Shown here: positions 1-30,975 of the stretch, in pieces
Numbering within the stretch: the first letter of the stretch is position 1
How the letters are laid out: every line of letters starts with the position of its first letter
Source of the DNA: Macrostomum lignano
Lineage: Eukaryota
NCBI GenBank assembly: GCA_002269645.1
Contig: NIVC01000326.1
Location: forward strand, 434,001 to 498,000
DNA: 64,000 nucleotides
Direction of reading: 5' to 3'
Position numbers and translations under genes: made by a program
Notes under the pieces: model-generated
What the model saw: the letters and a program-made list of their open reading frames with translations, nothing else
Told to the model about the DNA's origin: nothing
Database searches by the model: none

Positions 1-447
1 CAGTTCGGTCAGATGCCGGATGTACCGAGCCGCCAGCCGCAGGGTGTCCAGCTTGGACAGCTTCGTGTCGGGCGGGATGTTGGGCAGGGCGAGCTTGAGC
101 CGGTGGTACTCCCTGGACAGTACGTGCATCCTCTCCCGCTCGCGCTGGTTGGCCGCCTGGCGCTCGACCTGGCTCAGGCCCGCCTGCTGCTTCTGCTGCG
201 GATTTGTCTGCTGTTGCTTTCGCTGCTGCTTTTTCTGTTGCTTTTGCTGCTGCTGCTGCAGCTGCGGCTGCTGTCGGCGCTTTCTCTGACGCTTCTCTGG
301 CGCCGGAGGCGGCTGCATCAACGGCAGCTGGTCGAGGACGTCAACGGGAAAGTCGGCAGCGGAGGGCCACTGGTAGAGACCGTCCTGTTGGTTATGGAAC
401 CCCTGCTGCTGCTCAGGGATGCCGGTCCATGACCATTGGAAAGACAT
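1..447 (-). CDS. bHLH transcription factor, MyoR/musculin/TCF21-like (3' end runs off the window)
   Basis: ATG at 447, with an in-frame TAG upstream at 498-496. Hand translation gives MSFQWSWTG, a Gln-rich tract, then [55 protein letters not shown], which closely matches the MyoR/TCF21 bHLH ([39 protein letters not shown]). Not in the ORF track because no stop lies inside the window. Confidence 0.9.
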   Translation of the reverse strand, partial: MSFQWSWTGIPEQQQGFHNQQDGLYQWPSAADFPVDVLDQLPLMQPPPAPEKRQRKRRQQPQLQQQQQKQQKKQQRKQQQTNPQQKQQAGLSQVERQAANQRERERMHVLSREYHRLKLALPNIPPDTKLSKLDTLRLAARYIRHLTEL

Positions 448-519
448 TCTCCGGAGATTGTAGGGAATTCTGATCAGAAGTTTAGTTGAATTTTTCTAAG
501 GCAATGAAAAATTTGGGAG

Positions 520-730
520 GCTGAGGGGCGGCCCCCGGCGGGCTCTTTATAGCCGGCACCGCGATGGGGCTTGGCGCGGAGGCTGGGCGGCCATTGGCCC
601 GGCAGCTGCTGCAGACTGCACTGGGAGAGGGCACTGGCAGGAGCGCCGCCGCCGCCTCACACCGCATTGGCCGAGCTGGGCTGATGAAGGGCTGGAGGCT
701 GGGCCGAATGATGGCGGAGTGCAGCTGCTG
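520..730 (-). promoter_or_regulatory. Putative Pol II promoter of the bHLH gene
   Basis: Minus-strand TATAAAG at 551-545, about 100 bp upstream of the ATG; CCAAT boxes at 597-593 and 670-666; CAGCTG E-boxes at 603-608 and 722-727. Confidence 0.55.
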
Positions 731-843
731 CGGTCCTGTATGCAGGAATTGCAGCCAGTCTGGTCTCTGCCGCTTACAAGGGTGGCTGTAAAATCTACAA
801 TTCTGCCTTATTGGGTCCAGACTAGCACAGGAGCTGCACCGCT

Positions 844-1700
844 AAAGGACCCTGAAAGTTTGGAAGTGGCGGCCCAAAAAGGACGTTGGAAGGAGGTAGC
901 GGCGGCCGATTAAAGGACCCTGGAAGGAGGTGGCAGCAGCCCAATAAAGGACCCTGGAAGTAGGGAAGCTGCGGCACATTGAAGGACCCTGGAAGGAGGT
1001 AGCGGCGGCTCAATGAAGGACCCTGGAAGTTTGGAAGCGGCAGCCCAATAAAGAATTTTGGAAGGAGGTAGTGGCGGCCCAATAAAGGACCCTGGAAGGA
1101 GGTAGCGGCGGCTCAATGAAGGACCCTGGAAGTTTGGAAGCGGCAGCCCAATAAAGAATTTTGGAAGGAGGTAGTGGCGGCCGATTAAAGGATCCTGGAA
1201 GGAGTTGGCAGCAGCCCAATAAAGGACACTGGAAGTTGGGAAGCAGGGGCCCAATAAGGGACCTTGAAAGAGGGTAACGGTGGCCTATTTAAGGACCCTG
1301 GAAGTTGAGAAGCGGCGGTATATTGCAGTACCCTGGAAGTTGGGTAGCGACGGCCCAATAAAAGACCCTGGATGGAGATAGCGGCGGGCCATTTAAGGAC
1401 CTTGGAAGTTGGGAAGCGCGGCCCATTGAAGGACTCTGGAAGGAGATAGTGGCGGCCCCAATAAAGGACCCTGGATGGAGATAGCGGCGGGCCATTTAAG
1501 GACCTTGGAAGTTGGGAAGCGCGGCCCAATAAAGGACCCTGGAAGGAGGTAGCGGCGGCCCAATAAAGGACCCTGGAAGGAGGTAGCGGCGGCCCAATAA
1601 AGGACCCTGGAAGAGGTAGCGGCGGCCCAATAAAGGACCCCGGAAAAAGGTAGCGGCGGCCCAACAAAGGACCCGGAAGTGGGGAAGCGGCGGCCCATTG
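844..1700. repeat. Minisatellite, ~34-bp unit (CCAATAAAGGACCCTGGAAGGAGGTAGCGGCGGC), roughly 25 degenerate copies
   Basis: 34-bp period seen directly (e.g. 1526 and 1560). Confidence 0.9.
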
Positions 1701-2189
1701 AACAAAGCGAAAGGCTGTGTACTGCATGTATGCATTTTAAGCCTCAACACTGGCCAAGGTTCCATGCTGCATGTTCTGCCACTTGCACACTTACTTACGC
1801 ACAAGCAAATAATCGCTGCGTTTTGGCGGCAACATTTGTTAAAATCAAAGAGCGACTCAAAAAACAGCAGTTTTAGGGAAGGCAATTTTTTCTTGGCTGA
1901 AAACTGGATCTTCTCAGAATCCGCTGACAGGCCCGAGGGGCAGAAAATGCGCAGATCCCAAAGCCGGGACAACCGAAGCAGACAGTGTCAGCTTTCAGCT
2001 GAAAATTTCCCTTTTCAAATTTATTCTTTTCTCCCCGGGGTTGCGCGAATCCGATTTCACCGCCGTAGCTGGGCTGGGTTTGGGGATTTTGTGGAGCGAG
2101 TGGATAATCTGCTTCCTGCGTGAGACCCTCGACCGATCCCGTTTGGCGCAGTTGAGGTCAGCCTTTTGAAGTGGCATTCTGTGAGACCA

Positions 2190-4335
2190 GTGTGGGATGG
2201 ATATGAGAGGGATGTGAGAGAGATGTGAGTGGGGTGAGAAGGATGTGAGAGAGATGTGAAGGGGGGCGTGAGAGGGATGTGAGAGGGATGTGGGAATGGG
2301 TTTTGAGAGGTATGTGAGAGGGATGTGAGAGGGATGTGAGAGGGGGTGAGAGAGGGATGTGAGAGGGGCATGAGAGGGATGTGAGAGGGATGTGAGAGGG
2401 GGTGAGAGAGGGATGTGAAAGGGGGTGAGAGGGACGTGAGAGGGATGTGAGAGCGGTGTGAGAGGGATATGAGAGGGATGTGAGAGGGGCGTGAGAGGGA
2501 TGTGAGAGGGATGTGAGAGGGGGTGAGAGAGGGATGTGAGAGGGATGTGAGAGGGATGTGAGAGGGATGTGAGAGGGGCGTGAGAGGGATGTGAGAGGGA
2601 TGTGAGAGGGATGTGAGAGGGATGTGAGAGGGATGTGAGAGGGGTGTGAGAGAGGGATGTGAGAGGGGGTGAGAGAGGGATGTGAAAGGGATGTGAGAGG
2701 GATGTGAGAGGGATGTGAGAGGGATGTGAGAGGGATGTGAGAGAGGGTGTGAAAGGGAGTGTGGGAGGGGCGTGAGAGGGATGTGAGAGGGATGTGAGAG
2801 GGATGTGAGAGGGATGTGAGAGGGATGTGAGAGGGGTGTGAGAGGGGTGTGAGAGGGGTGTGAGAGGGATGTGAGAGGGATGTGAGAGGGATGTGAGAGG
2901 GATGTGAGAGGGATGTGAGAGGGGCGTGAGAGGGATGTGAGAGGGGGTGAGAGAGGGATTTGAGAGGGGGTGAGAGAGGGATGTGAGAGGGATGTGAGAG
3001 GGGGTGAGAGAGAGATGTGAAAGGGATGTGAGAGGGATGTGAGAGGGATGTGAGAGAGATGTGAGAAGGATGTGAGAGAGGGTGTGAGAGGGGTGTGAGA
3101 GGGATGTGAGAGGGATGTGAGAGGGATGTGAGAGGAGCATGAGAGGGGGTGAGAGAGGGATGTGAGAGGGGGTGAGAGAGGGATGTGAGAGGGATGTGAG
3201 AGGGATGTGAGAGGGATGTGAGAGGGATGTGAGAGGGATGTGAGAGGGGCGTGAGAGGGATGTGAGAGGGGCATGAGAGGGGGTGAGAGAGGGATGTGAG
3301 AGGGGGTGAGAGAGGGATGTGAAAGGGATGTGAGAGGGATGTGAGAGGGATGTGAGAGGGGCATGAGAGGGGGTGAGAGATGGATGTGAGAGGGGTGAGA
3401 GAGGGATGTGAAAGGGATGTGAGAGGGATGTGAGAGGGATGTGAGAGCGGTGTGAGAGGGATGTGAGAGGGATGTGAGAGGGGCGTGAGAGGGATGTGAG
3501 AGGGATGTGAGAGGGGGTGAGAGAGGGATGTGAGAGGGATGTGAGAGGGATGTGAGAGGGGCGTGAGAGGGATGTGAGAGGGATGTGAGAGGGGTGTGAG
3601 AGGGATGTGAGAGGGATGTGAGAGGGATGTGAGAGGGGGTGAGAGAGGGATGTGAGAGGGGGTGAGAGAGGGATGTGAAAGGGATGTGAGAGGGATGTGA
3701 GAGGGATGTGAGAGGGATGTGAGAGGGGTGTGAGAGAGGGTGTGAAAGGGAGTGTGAGAGGGGCGTGAGAGGGATGTGAGAGGGATGTGAGAGGGATGTG
3801 AGAGGGATGTGAGAGGGATGTGAGAGGGGGTGGGAGAGGGATGTGAGAGGGATGTGAGAGGGATGTGAGAGGGATGTGAGAGGGATGTGAGTGGGATGTG
3901 AGAGGGGCGTGAGAGGGATGTGAGAGGGATGTGAGAGGGGGTGAGAGAGGGGTGAGAGAGGGATGTGAGAGGGATGTGAGAGGGATGTGAGAGGGGTGTG
4001 AGAGGGATGTGAGAGGGATGTGAGAGGGGTGTGAGAGGGATGTGAGAGGGATGTGAGAGGGATGTGAGAGGGATGTGAAAGGGATGTTAGAGGGATGTCA
4101 GAGGGGTGTGAGAGGGATGTGAGAGGGATGTGAGAAGGATGTGAGAAGGATGTGAAAAGGATGTGAGAAGGATGTGAGAGGGATGTGAAAAGGATGTGAG
4201 AGGGATGTGAAAAGGATGCGAGAGGGATGTGAGAGGGATGTGAGATAGATGTCAGAAAAGATTGAGAGTTTGTGAGAGGGGGCGTGAGAGGGATGTGAGA
4301 GTGAATTGAGATGGATGAGAGGAATGTGAGGAATG
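2190..4335. repeat. 11-bp satellite (GAGAGGGATGT)n, ~2.1 kb
   Basis: Seen directly; it produces the spurious SHPSHIPLT ORFs. Confidence 0.97.
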
Positions 4336-4379
4336 TGAAACCAGAGAGACACCTAATAAAATAAATAATTGAAATAATA

Positions 4380-4975
4380 ATATTTGTAATATAATAATAA
4401 TTGCAGGAGGGCTGCAGGCACCCTGGCGCAACGCCATCGTCCCACAACATCAGCGCTGCGGCAACTCTCCGTCAACACTGCACGCAGACACGCACTTATC
4501 ACACGCTCACACAGGCTGTACAGCGTGGCTTACCATTGTCAGGCATGTCCCCGCCAGTACAGCGGCCCTGACTTACCATTGTCAGGCATGTCCCCGCCAG
4601 TACAGCGGCCCTGACTTACCATTGTCAGGCATGTCCCCGGCAGTACAGCGGCCCTGACTTACCATTGTCAGGCATGTCCCCGGCAGTACAGCGGCTTTGA
4701 CTTACCATTGTCAGGCATGTCCCCGGCAGTACAGCGGCCCTGACTTACCATTGTCAGGCATGTCCCCGGCAGTACAGCGGCCCTGACTTACCATTGTCAG
4801 GCATGTCCCCGGCAGTACAGCGGCCCTGACTTACCATTGTCAGGCATGTCCCCGGCAGTACAGCGTGACTTACCATTGTCAGGCATGTCCCCGCCAGTAC
4901 AGCGTGACTTACCATTGTCAGGCACGTACACTCTGTGTCTTGAGGGTTGGCCTTCACGGCTGTGAATTCCCCCGA
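4380..4975 (-). mobile_element. Diverged SINE-family relative with an internal 43-bp tandem amplification (4529-4925, ~9 copies)
   Basis: The unit CTTACCATTGTCAGGCATGTCCCCGGCAGTACAGCGGCCCTGA and both flanks (GCACCCTGGCG; GTACACTCTGTGTCTTGAGGGTTGGC) align by eye with the SINE body at 28560-28800. Confidence 0.6.
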
Positions 4976-5620
4976 ACAATTTTTGTGCACAAAGCCGCCA
5001 GATCGCCAGATGAATTTGATTTGTTTTGATTAAATGCGGTTTAAGGCAGGCAAGTTGGGCAGGTGGATTCTCACACACTGCAACTCGTAATAGGCTACTT
5101 AAAGCAGTAAGATGCAGCCAGTAATTCCCGTATTGTTTTGGGCCAACCGTACACAGACCTCAGCCCGGCGCTCAGGTAAGTTAATTGATTTATCGATCGG
5201 AATTAATTACGTGCACACGGGAAGAGAATCAATAATTGCGCCTACGAGACACGTGCAAAGCCAGGTACATCAAAGGTGGCCGACAATTGGGCCGAAAACC
5301 CAGACCAACCCTCGGCAGGGGGCTCCTGATGGGCATGCGACACCCACCTCTGATTTCTCAACCAGACGGTCGATAATTAAGCGCTGACCCCCCACCTGAT
5401 GTTAAACAACTCACCTTAGAGGTGTGAATAGCAGGTTGAGATTTACCTACGGCTTGGGGCCGCTGATGGGGTGGCGGGCGAAATCAGCCTGGCGGAGGTG
5501 GGGTGGGCGTCCTCAGACATAATAAAAACATGGCCAATTAAACTGATCAACGTGCTTTTTTATTAGCTGAGTGCGGGCAGACTTGAGTTCACTAATCAGC
5601 TCTGAGCCACAGCCAGCGGC

Positions 5621-6712
5621 ATGGATTTGAGCGCCGGGACAGAATTTTCAGAGCAGCTCAGCTGCCGGAAAGTTGCTCAGGCGGCTGCCTTCCTCAACGC
5701 GGCCGCAGCCGCCGCCGACTCCTGGGACTCGGCGATGTCCAACTCGCCGGTGGAAGACTTCGGCGGCGGCGGCTGGTGGGCCGGTGGCGGCAACGGCGGC
5801 GGGGGCTTCGGCTGCTCTGGATTCGCTGGCGGCGGCTTCACCGACCTCGGCGACTTCGGCGGAGGCGGTCGCTACGCCGAGGTCTCCGTCATCCCCTCTG
5901 ATGAGGGCTTCCTGGAGGGCGCCGCCGCGGATACTCACCCGCTGCCGTTGGCGCCGCTGGACCGGCCTGGACCGTACGACGATGACGACCTGGAGAGCTC
6001 GGCCTCTAGCGACGGCTCCGAGATCCTGCAGATGGTGGACCAGCTGCTGCTCGCCTTCAACCTGGAGGTGCAGGCGGAGTCGGCCGGAGCAGCGGAGGAG
6101 GCGAGCGAGTCGGCTGAAGTCCTCGAGCTGCTCAGCGCCTCGGCTCTGGCTACCAGCTTCCGCGTGCCGACGGACGGAGCTGACGAAGACTCCGACTATG
6201 ATGACGACGAGGCGTTCTGGGAGGCCGCGGACCGCGGCGAGTCCCCGCCGGTGATGTACTTTTTTGACTCCACCAACAGTCTGGAGGAGGAGGAGGACGG
6301 AGACTACGCCGACAACGAGGCGTCCTCGTCAGGAAGCTCAGCGTCGGCGGCATCGGCGGATCCGCGGCAGCCGCAGAAGCAGCCGTCGGCCTTCCTGGCC
6401 ACCGGGTTGTTCCGCATGCCGCAGGAGGCGGTGCTGGAGGCCATGGACTACTGGGGCCCGCTGGACCGGATCCGCTGGCTGCTGTGGCGACCGGAGCCCT
6501 GCCCGCCGAGGCCCGAGGCCCAGCAGCAGCCGCAGCCGCAGCAGCTCCTCGACAAGTCGAAGCGAGCTTGCTCATTCCTGCTCAAAGGCCGCTGCCGCAA
6601 GGAGGACTGCGAGTTCGCGCACGACCTGAGCAGAGTGACCTGCAAGTTCTGGGCTGCTGGGCAGTGCTTCAAAGGTGCGGGCTGCCCGTTCCTGCACGGC
6701 TACGCCCACTGA
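5621..6712 (+). CDS. Tandem CCCH zinc-finger protein (363 aa), probable RNA-binding
   Basis: Single ATG ORF with Gly-rich and acidic regions, and C-terminal CSFLLKGRCRKEDCEFAH (C-x7-C-x4-C-x3-H) and CKFWAAGQCFKGAGCPFLH (C-x7-C-x5-C-x3-H). Confidence 0.88.
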   Translation: MDLSAGTEFSEQLSCRKVAQAAAFLNAAAAAADSWDSAMSNSPVEDFGGGGWWAGGGNGGGGFGCSGFAGGGFTDLGDFGGGGRYAEVSVIPSDEGFLEGAAADTHPLPLAPLDRPGPYDDDDLESSASSDGSEILQMVDQLLLAFNLEVQAESAGAAEEASESAEVLELLSASALATSFRVPTDGADEDSDYDDDEAFWEAADRGESPPVMYFFDSTNSLEEEEDGDYADNEASSSGSSASAASADPRQPQKQPSAFLATGLFRMPQEAVLEAMDYWGPLDRIRWLLWRPEPCPPRPEAQQQPQPQQLLDKSKRACSFLLKGRCRKEDCEFAHDLSRVTCKFWAAGQCFKGAGCPFLHGYAH

Positions 6713-8429
6713 TGGACAGGTGCCAGCTAATCAAGGTAGGGCATAACTGAAATTGATTGACGTTGATTTCGACTTTCAGAACCCCATTGTGACGCAGCCG
6801 CGCCGCATATGTAACCAATTTTCGTTTCAGAACTCGGCTTTGTTCGTTCGTTCATAAAAAGTACTCGAGGTACCTGCATTGTACAGGTGCATGTACATGT
6901 AGGAACCTGGTCGTTACAGATGCAGATATTACATGTAATATGAAAACTGGTGACTCAAGTTCTCAGCGCGTGCTGCTCAGTCACCCGGACTTACCAGCGA
7001 ACATTTCCGCTCCCACTTTAACAAAAAACTTCAACAAAAATTTTCGCGATGCTCTACTTTCTATGACTTAAATGAGTAGCAATAGAAGAAAATTATTATT
7101 ACAAATAGTTTGGCTTTCAACGTTTATATTCGTATAACATTTTTTCAACTTCGTGGGTTTTTTACCGAGCTGAAATCTCCTACGAGAAGATCTGCTTCTT
7201 TTGAGCTGTCCCGTGCTCACACACACACCTGTATACCTTTGCGTATAAAATTTTACAAACACAAAAAATATTTTTCCTGCGTCGTCTCTCTGTCGGCCAG
7301 TCTGACTTGCCGGCTGCTGTTTTAAACTCCCAAATTTATCATCGAATTTGAAAGGCTGCCGAATTCGCACCTGTTATTATTGTTAAGCCGGTTGCTTGCC
7401 GGGAAATTTTTTATCCACCTCCGCCAAAATTTTGCATTGTACCATGACCCAAGCATTGGTATTTGATTTGCAACTCTGTCATCCTTGTCATTCTTCGAAT
7501 TGAAGTGTCTGCTTTCATATTTTGGGCCGGTGTTTTTTGGTTGCTATGAGCAACTGCTCACCCGCGCAGGTTGTAGTTCGCTGAACCGCTGCTCTCGCTA
7601 ATTTCATCTTTATCTTTCCATCGCGTTCTGTAATCTAAAAAATGGATTTAAAAAAATCTACAAAACTTTTCTATCTTAGAAATTTACACTTACCTGATGA
7701 TAATATTGACCGTTTGACGCTCACCTCTGCTCTCTGATTTTCAAAATACCTTCTCTAGGCCTGCTCATAATTCGCTTCTCTGCCTATTTGCTTTCGATTT
7801 TGCCCGCCCCAAATGCCTGCTGGAATGATGATGGCTTGATTCTGATGGCCGAGGCCAGTCTTGGATTCAATAAATATTTGACACCTTTGCCGCGATCGCA
7901 CTGTGCGCTTGGAAAAATAATTTCCCGAAGAAATGCATCACAGTGCTTGAGGACTTTCTCATTTACTAGGGCTGCATGTAGATTAGCAATCCATTCTGCC
8001 CCTTGACCTGTGATATTGGCTAGATTAGCAATCCATTCTGCTCCTTGACCTGTGATACAGTCAAGTCAGAAATAATAGCAGGTCTTAGAATACATTGAAC
8101 CGGGGGAACTTTAATTTTATTTCAATGAGAATGGTATACAATAATACGTGCATAATATCCCTGGCAGTAGCATAATCCGACAAGCATGCAATGGGTTTAA
8201 ACTAAGCAAATCACAATTGAGGAAAATACCTGGCATATCATAGTGAAATTAGCAAGCTGGCGTGTTTTTTCTTGATTCTGTTGGTGCTTTTTAAAAATGC
8301 GTTCAAAAAGCGGAAAATTGACGGCAATTCGCTTGAAAGCTACTGTCAGTAGTTGGCGAAACTCTGGCTTTAAGCTGGAGATAAATAAGATAGAAATTAG
8401 TCTCAGAAATGTGAAGAATACGGATGCGG

Positions 8430-8900
8430 AGAGTCGGAGAGTCAGGAGACGAGACGGAGAGTCAGGAGACGGAGAGTCAGGAGACGGAGAGTCAGGAGAC
8501 GGAGAGTCAGGTCGTGGATAGTCAGGAGACGGAGAGTCAGGAGACGGAGAGTCAGGAGACGGAGAGTCAGGAGACGGAGAGTCAGGAGACCGGTGAGTCA
8601 GGAGACCGGTGAGTCAGGAGACGGAGAGTCAGGAGACGGAGAGTCAGGAGACGGAGAGTCAGGAGGCGGAGAGTCAGGAGACGGAGAGTCAGGAGACGGA
8701 GAGTCAGGAGGCGGAGAGTCAGGAGGCGGAGAGTCAGGAGGCGGAGAGTCAGGAGACGGAGAGTCAGGAGACGGAGAGTCAGGAGACGGAGAGTCAGGAG
8801 GAGGAGAGTCAGGAGACGGAGAGTCAGGAGACGGAGAGTCAGGAGACGGAGAGTCGGGAGACCGGTGAGTCAGGAGACGGTGAGTCAGGAGGCGGAGAGT
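8430..8900. repeat. 15-bp minisatellite (GGAGAGTCAGGAGAC)n just downstream of the DOCK stop codon
   Basis: Seen directly. Confidence 0.95.
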
Positions 8901-8932
8901 CAGGTGTTGGATAGTTAGGACACCCCAACCGG

Positions 8933-27647
<18,715 letters not shown>

Positions 27648-28551
27648 TTCGAAACTTGCGGGAAAATCAATCAAGGGAGAATATTTCAGCAGCTGAGAAG
27701 CTTTTCTAACGTCTCATTGCAAGATCAGTTTGAGTGCACTTAATCATGCATTGGTGCCGGATCCTTCCCCCAGCGTAAGTTCTTGTCTTCTGACTCGAAA
27801 ACCTTCTTTGACTGCTTTCGAGCCTCTTCTGCCGCTTTTTAGCATAAATAGGTAGAATTTGTGCAGTCATAACTGCTTTGTGCAGTCTCCATTGTATATG
27901 GGCTGCACACTGGGGGGGGGGGGGTTAAGAAGAGAGAGAGAGGAGCATCTGCTTAAAAAACAATCCAGCAAAGTTCTTTTTGGGCAGACAGAGAGAGACA
28001 GCAGGAAGGCGGGCGGGCGGGCGCAAGCATCAGATTTCTGTTGGACAATCAGAGCTTCGAATGAATGCCTGCCCCCCCCCCCCTCCAGTTGGCTTTGTTG
28101 CCAGTGAGGTGGGCAGCCCCCGTTCTAAACCCCTGCAATAATAAACTGCAAAGGGCTGGGCCATGGAGATCTTGTGAGCTGGAATCTGGAGCTGCCGAAC
28201 TCACCCAATCTCAGCATATTGTTTGATATTGATTAAATCCGGGGTCAGCAAGCTGTATTGCCTCAAGAGCCAAGTACAAAATGTGGCTGAGGCGCCAAAA
28301 TGAGTGCCAAAATGAGTGAAGGTTTTTGGACTCTAACCCCCAGACCACAATGGGGGTTGTGGTCTGGGGTTAGAGTCCAAACCAGGAAAGGCAAGGGAAG
28401 GCAAGTAGTCCCTTCCCTTGCCTTTTTCGCGAACTCAAGGAGTCTCCTAACTCCCGTGAGTCTCTCCAATCTTCAATCTGGTTGCAACAAGCTTAACATC
28501 CGTGAGCTAAACAAAATTTGAAAGCTTTACTTGCTACTTGCAGTAGGCCAT

Positions 28552-28899
28552 TTTTTTATTAGAGGCAGGGGGGTTGTGTGCACCCTGGCGGACTTTAAGC
28601 GACATAGGCACACAACCGGCGAGAGACATTACTGCCCATTCCGCCGACTCCCCTGAGCAGGCATACAAGCGGATACGTACGCAGTCAAACGCACAGGCGC
28701 ACACTCACAGGAGTGTACAGCGGCCCTAACTTTATTTTATCGTTAGGCATGTACACTTCACTGTGCCTTGGGAGGTTGGCTCTCAAGGCCGTTAATTGCA
28801 CGAGCAGAGCCAAGCCGAGATTCCAATTCAGCCCCAAATTAATGACTGCACTTGGAATCGAGTGCTGCGCGCTACCGCTGGGCTACGACCCCCCCCCCC
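28552..28899 (-). mobile_element. Full-length tRNA-derived SINE (~350 bp) with 13-bp TSD
   Basis: TSD TGCAGTAGGCCAT at 28539-28551 and 28900-28912; head GGGGTCGTAGCCCAGCGGTAG contains an A-box; B-box is degenerate; tail CTCTAATAAAAAAA. Confidence 0.88.
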
Positions 28900-29179
28900 T
28901 GCAGTAGGCCATAGAAGTGTATAGAATGGTGAAGTGAAGGCTTTAACAGTAGAAAGACCATGGGGGTGTGTTTCAAATGCACACATTTTTACTTTGTCTG
29001 GATCTCCAAAAATATTCAACCACTTGTAATCGCAATGAAAATCCAGAACACAGGCTAAAATTTTCTGCTCTATTCGATGAAGCAACTTCGATAATCACGA
29101 AAAATCGGCATCGTCGAGATATTCAATGATTCTCCTCGGGGTGTCTGGTAGCAAAAACCACCAACATTGGCAAAATCAC

Positions 29180-29535
29180 TCCCTCACTCACTCACTCACT
29201 CACTCACTCACTCACTCACTCACTCACTCACTCACTCACTCACTCACTCACTCACTCACTCACTCACTCACTCACTCACTCACTCACTCACTCACTCACT
29301 CACTCAATCAATCAATCACTCACTCTCTCACTCACTCACTCACTCACTCACTCACTACTCACTCACTCACTCACTCACTCACTCACTCACTCACTCACTC
29401 ATTCACTCACTCATTCACTCACTCACTCACTCACTCACTCACTCACTCACTCACTCACTCACTCAATCACTCACACACTCACTCACTCACTCACTCACTC
29501 ACTCACTCACTCACTCACTCACTCACTCACTCACT
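29180..29535. repeat. (CACT)n microsatellite
   Basis: Seen directly. Confidence 0.97.
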
Positions 29536-29594
29536 CTCACCCCCACAGTTGCTGCGGGCTGCATCTTTTGTTTCTCACCTCTGCTGCTGCTGGG

Positions 29595-30975
29595 ATCCAA
29601 GCGCCGGGTGCCACAAAGGGGGGTGGAATTTTTTTGCCTTTGTAGGCCTTGAAAGTACAGGAGTGGGCTGTCAGGACGGTTGAGCAAGTCTGCAAGGTGG
29701 TTGGAGCGGCGGTGGACAGCTGATCTGTCTAGCATTTCAGGGTTTTTGCGAAAGCCGTCTAGTCAGTGTTCCAGACGTTCCTTTTCCACAGGTTTGAGGC
29801 AAGAGGATTGCAATCGAAAACGAACGAAGCGGTGGTCAGACAGACTCCTCTTCGTCCCACATCTCCCAGTCCTTGACCAGAGAAGCCAAACCATGGGAGA
29901 CGAGGGTTACCGTCGTGATCCTCCGTCCATCGCCCGTTGTCGAAGGTGGGGGTTCCACCAGTGTTGCAAAACTCAGCGTTGGTAGTGCAGATGTAAGCAA
30001 GAAGTTCCTCCGCCTCTGCTGTAGGAGGTATTACTGCCCCAGTGGATGTTGTGGGGCGTTGACGTCGCCCGCCATAAGCAGCTCAAACCTACGGTTAGAG
30101 CAGTAGTCCACGAGGGAGGTGAGGGTTGGGTGGAACCGCGGGGCCATCGCCAGGGATATAGATCGAGGCGATGATGACCGTGCGGTTGGTGATGTGATTA
30201 GACTGAATGACACAGAGGTCTCTGTCAGAGAGGTTTGATCTGTGCCAAGCTGCGAGATGGGTAGACACGAAAATGGCTGCTCTGGGGTTTTGGGGGTCCT
30301 GAAAACAGTCAAAACCAGCAGGATTATTCGGAATCTAACCTTTCTTCGTCCAGGGCTCCTGAAGTAGGATGATGCCCGGTTTCACGTAGTTTGCCACCCG
30401 CATCAGGTTGGGGCATCACGCAATGCAGTAGTGCATGTTAAGCTGCAGGATGTCCACTCCTGGGATTTCACGAGTGGTCCGCGCAGTTTCCTGCCGGCTC
30501 AGGGCGCTTTGTGCAGGAGGGCTGCCTCTTCTGCCTTGCCGATGGCTCCAGAATCCAGTTCCATGGGCTCCTCCCTCCCTGATGGTCTCCATGGTCGAGC
30601 GCGGGGCCGCCACCTGGGCGGCATTCTCACTCTTGGTCAGGTTTTCCTGGGGGCCGCAGTGGTGACACTGGGCTGGGGGTTGCTGCGGTTGTGGGCCTTG
30701 GCGGTGTCCAGCAGCTGCTTCGTGCGCTGAGTCAGACCAGAGCGGATAGTGTTCCGGGCGGGTTTCCGGCCCTTTCCACGTCCGCCTGTTGCTGCAGCTT
30801 TCGAGGCTTCCCCTGACGGGGTCCACGTCCTCGGAGGGGTCGTGACAAACGGGAGCTTCTTTTCCTGGGCGTCTCCGCCAGGCAAGGCCCCAGCTCGCCC
30901 GCTTACGCTTCTGCGGGGGCGGTGGGCGGGTGGTGTCAGACTCAAAGCTGAAGATTTGAATCTGCATCAGCCCGA
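29595..30975 (-). pseudogene. Decayed LOA-like LINE fragment (ORF1 end and ORF2 endonuclease)
   Basis: ILQLNMHYC, ELLMAGDVNA, SDHRF and KAYKGK are homologous to ORF2; many frameshifts and stops. Confidence 0.85.

Noticed and set aside
1995-4450. Long ORFs 1995..3140 and 2057..4450 (SHPSHIPLT repeats)
   Set aside because: They are translations of an 11-bp satellite that lacks stops on one strand.
28860-28899. tRNA gene
   Set aside because: Only an A-box and partial arms; it is the head of a SINE bounded by a TSD.
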